Origin: Tubulanus polymorphus
Lineage: Eukaryota; Animalia; Nemertea
NCBI RefSeq assembly: GCF_964204645.1
Contig: NC_134027.1
Location: 21,352,560-21,416,559 of the forward strand
Direction of reading: 5' to 3'
DNA: 64,000 bases
Shown here piece after piece: positions 63,926 to 64,000 of this stretch (position 1 is the first letter of the stretch; each line of letters opens with the position of its first letter). The notes beneath the pieces were generated by a model that did not search any database, was not told the origin of the DNA, and was given only the letters and a program-made list of their open reading frames with translations. A program made the translations under genes and the position numbers.

Positions 63926-64000
63926 GTAAGTTTTTTTGTAGCTTGGAAATAAACATTGGGCACATCCTCGACGCGATAATTCAGTTACTCAAACTATTCC

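Overview
AT-rich, repeat-dense animal genomic DNA, probably a marine invertebrate (inferred from the TE and receptor repertoire). Host genes form two interleaved, tandemly duplicated families. The first is intronless rhodopsin-class GPCRs on the minus strand: 2 intact, 1 nonsense, 1 disrupted, plus 1 unrelated fragment. The second is a 3-exon secreted cysteine-rich SVWC/La1/Vago-like gene on the plus strand (3 copies), which the ORF track only shows in pieces. The rest is a stack of mobile DNA: CR1/L2-group and RTE-X-like LINEs, an ORF1-only retroposon, IS3EU-, Merlin-, Harbinger-, hAT- and piggyBac-type non-autonomous elements, Penelope-type minimal hammerhead motifs, a tRNA-derived SINE and satellites. 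The most striking feature is a 3.08-kb near-perfect palindrome (29994-33072). It has AGTA...TACT ends and a 6-bp target-site duplication (ACTAAT), confirmed by an empty paralogous site in the same window. It carries two convergent copies of a virus-like zinc-finger ORF around an inverted 24-bp array, and looks like an integrated 'snap-back' derivative of a Polinton/Maverick-like element. A related non-palindromic piece lies in an SVWC intron. All family assignments come from reading motifs by eye; no database search was run.
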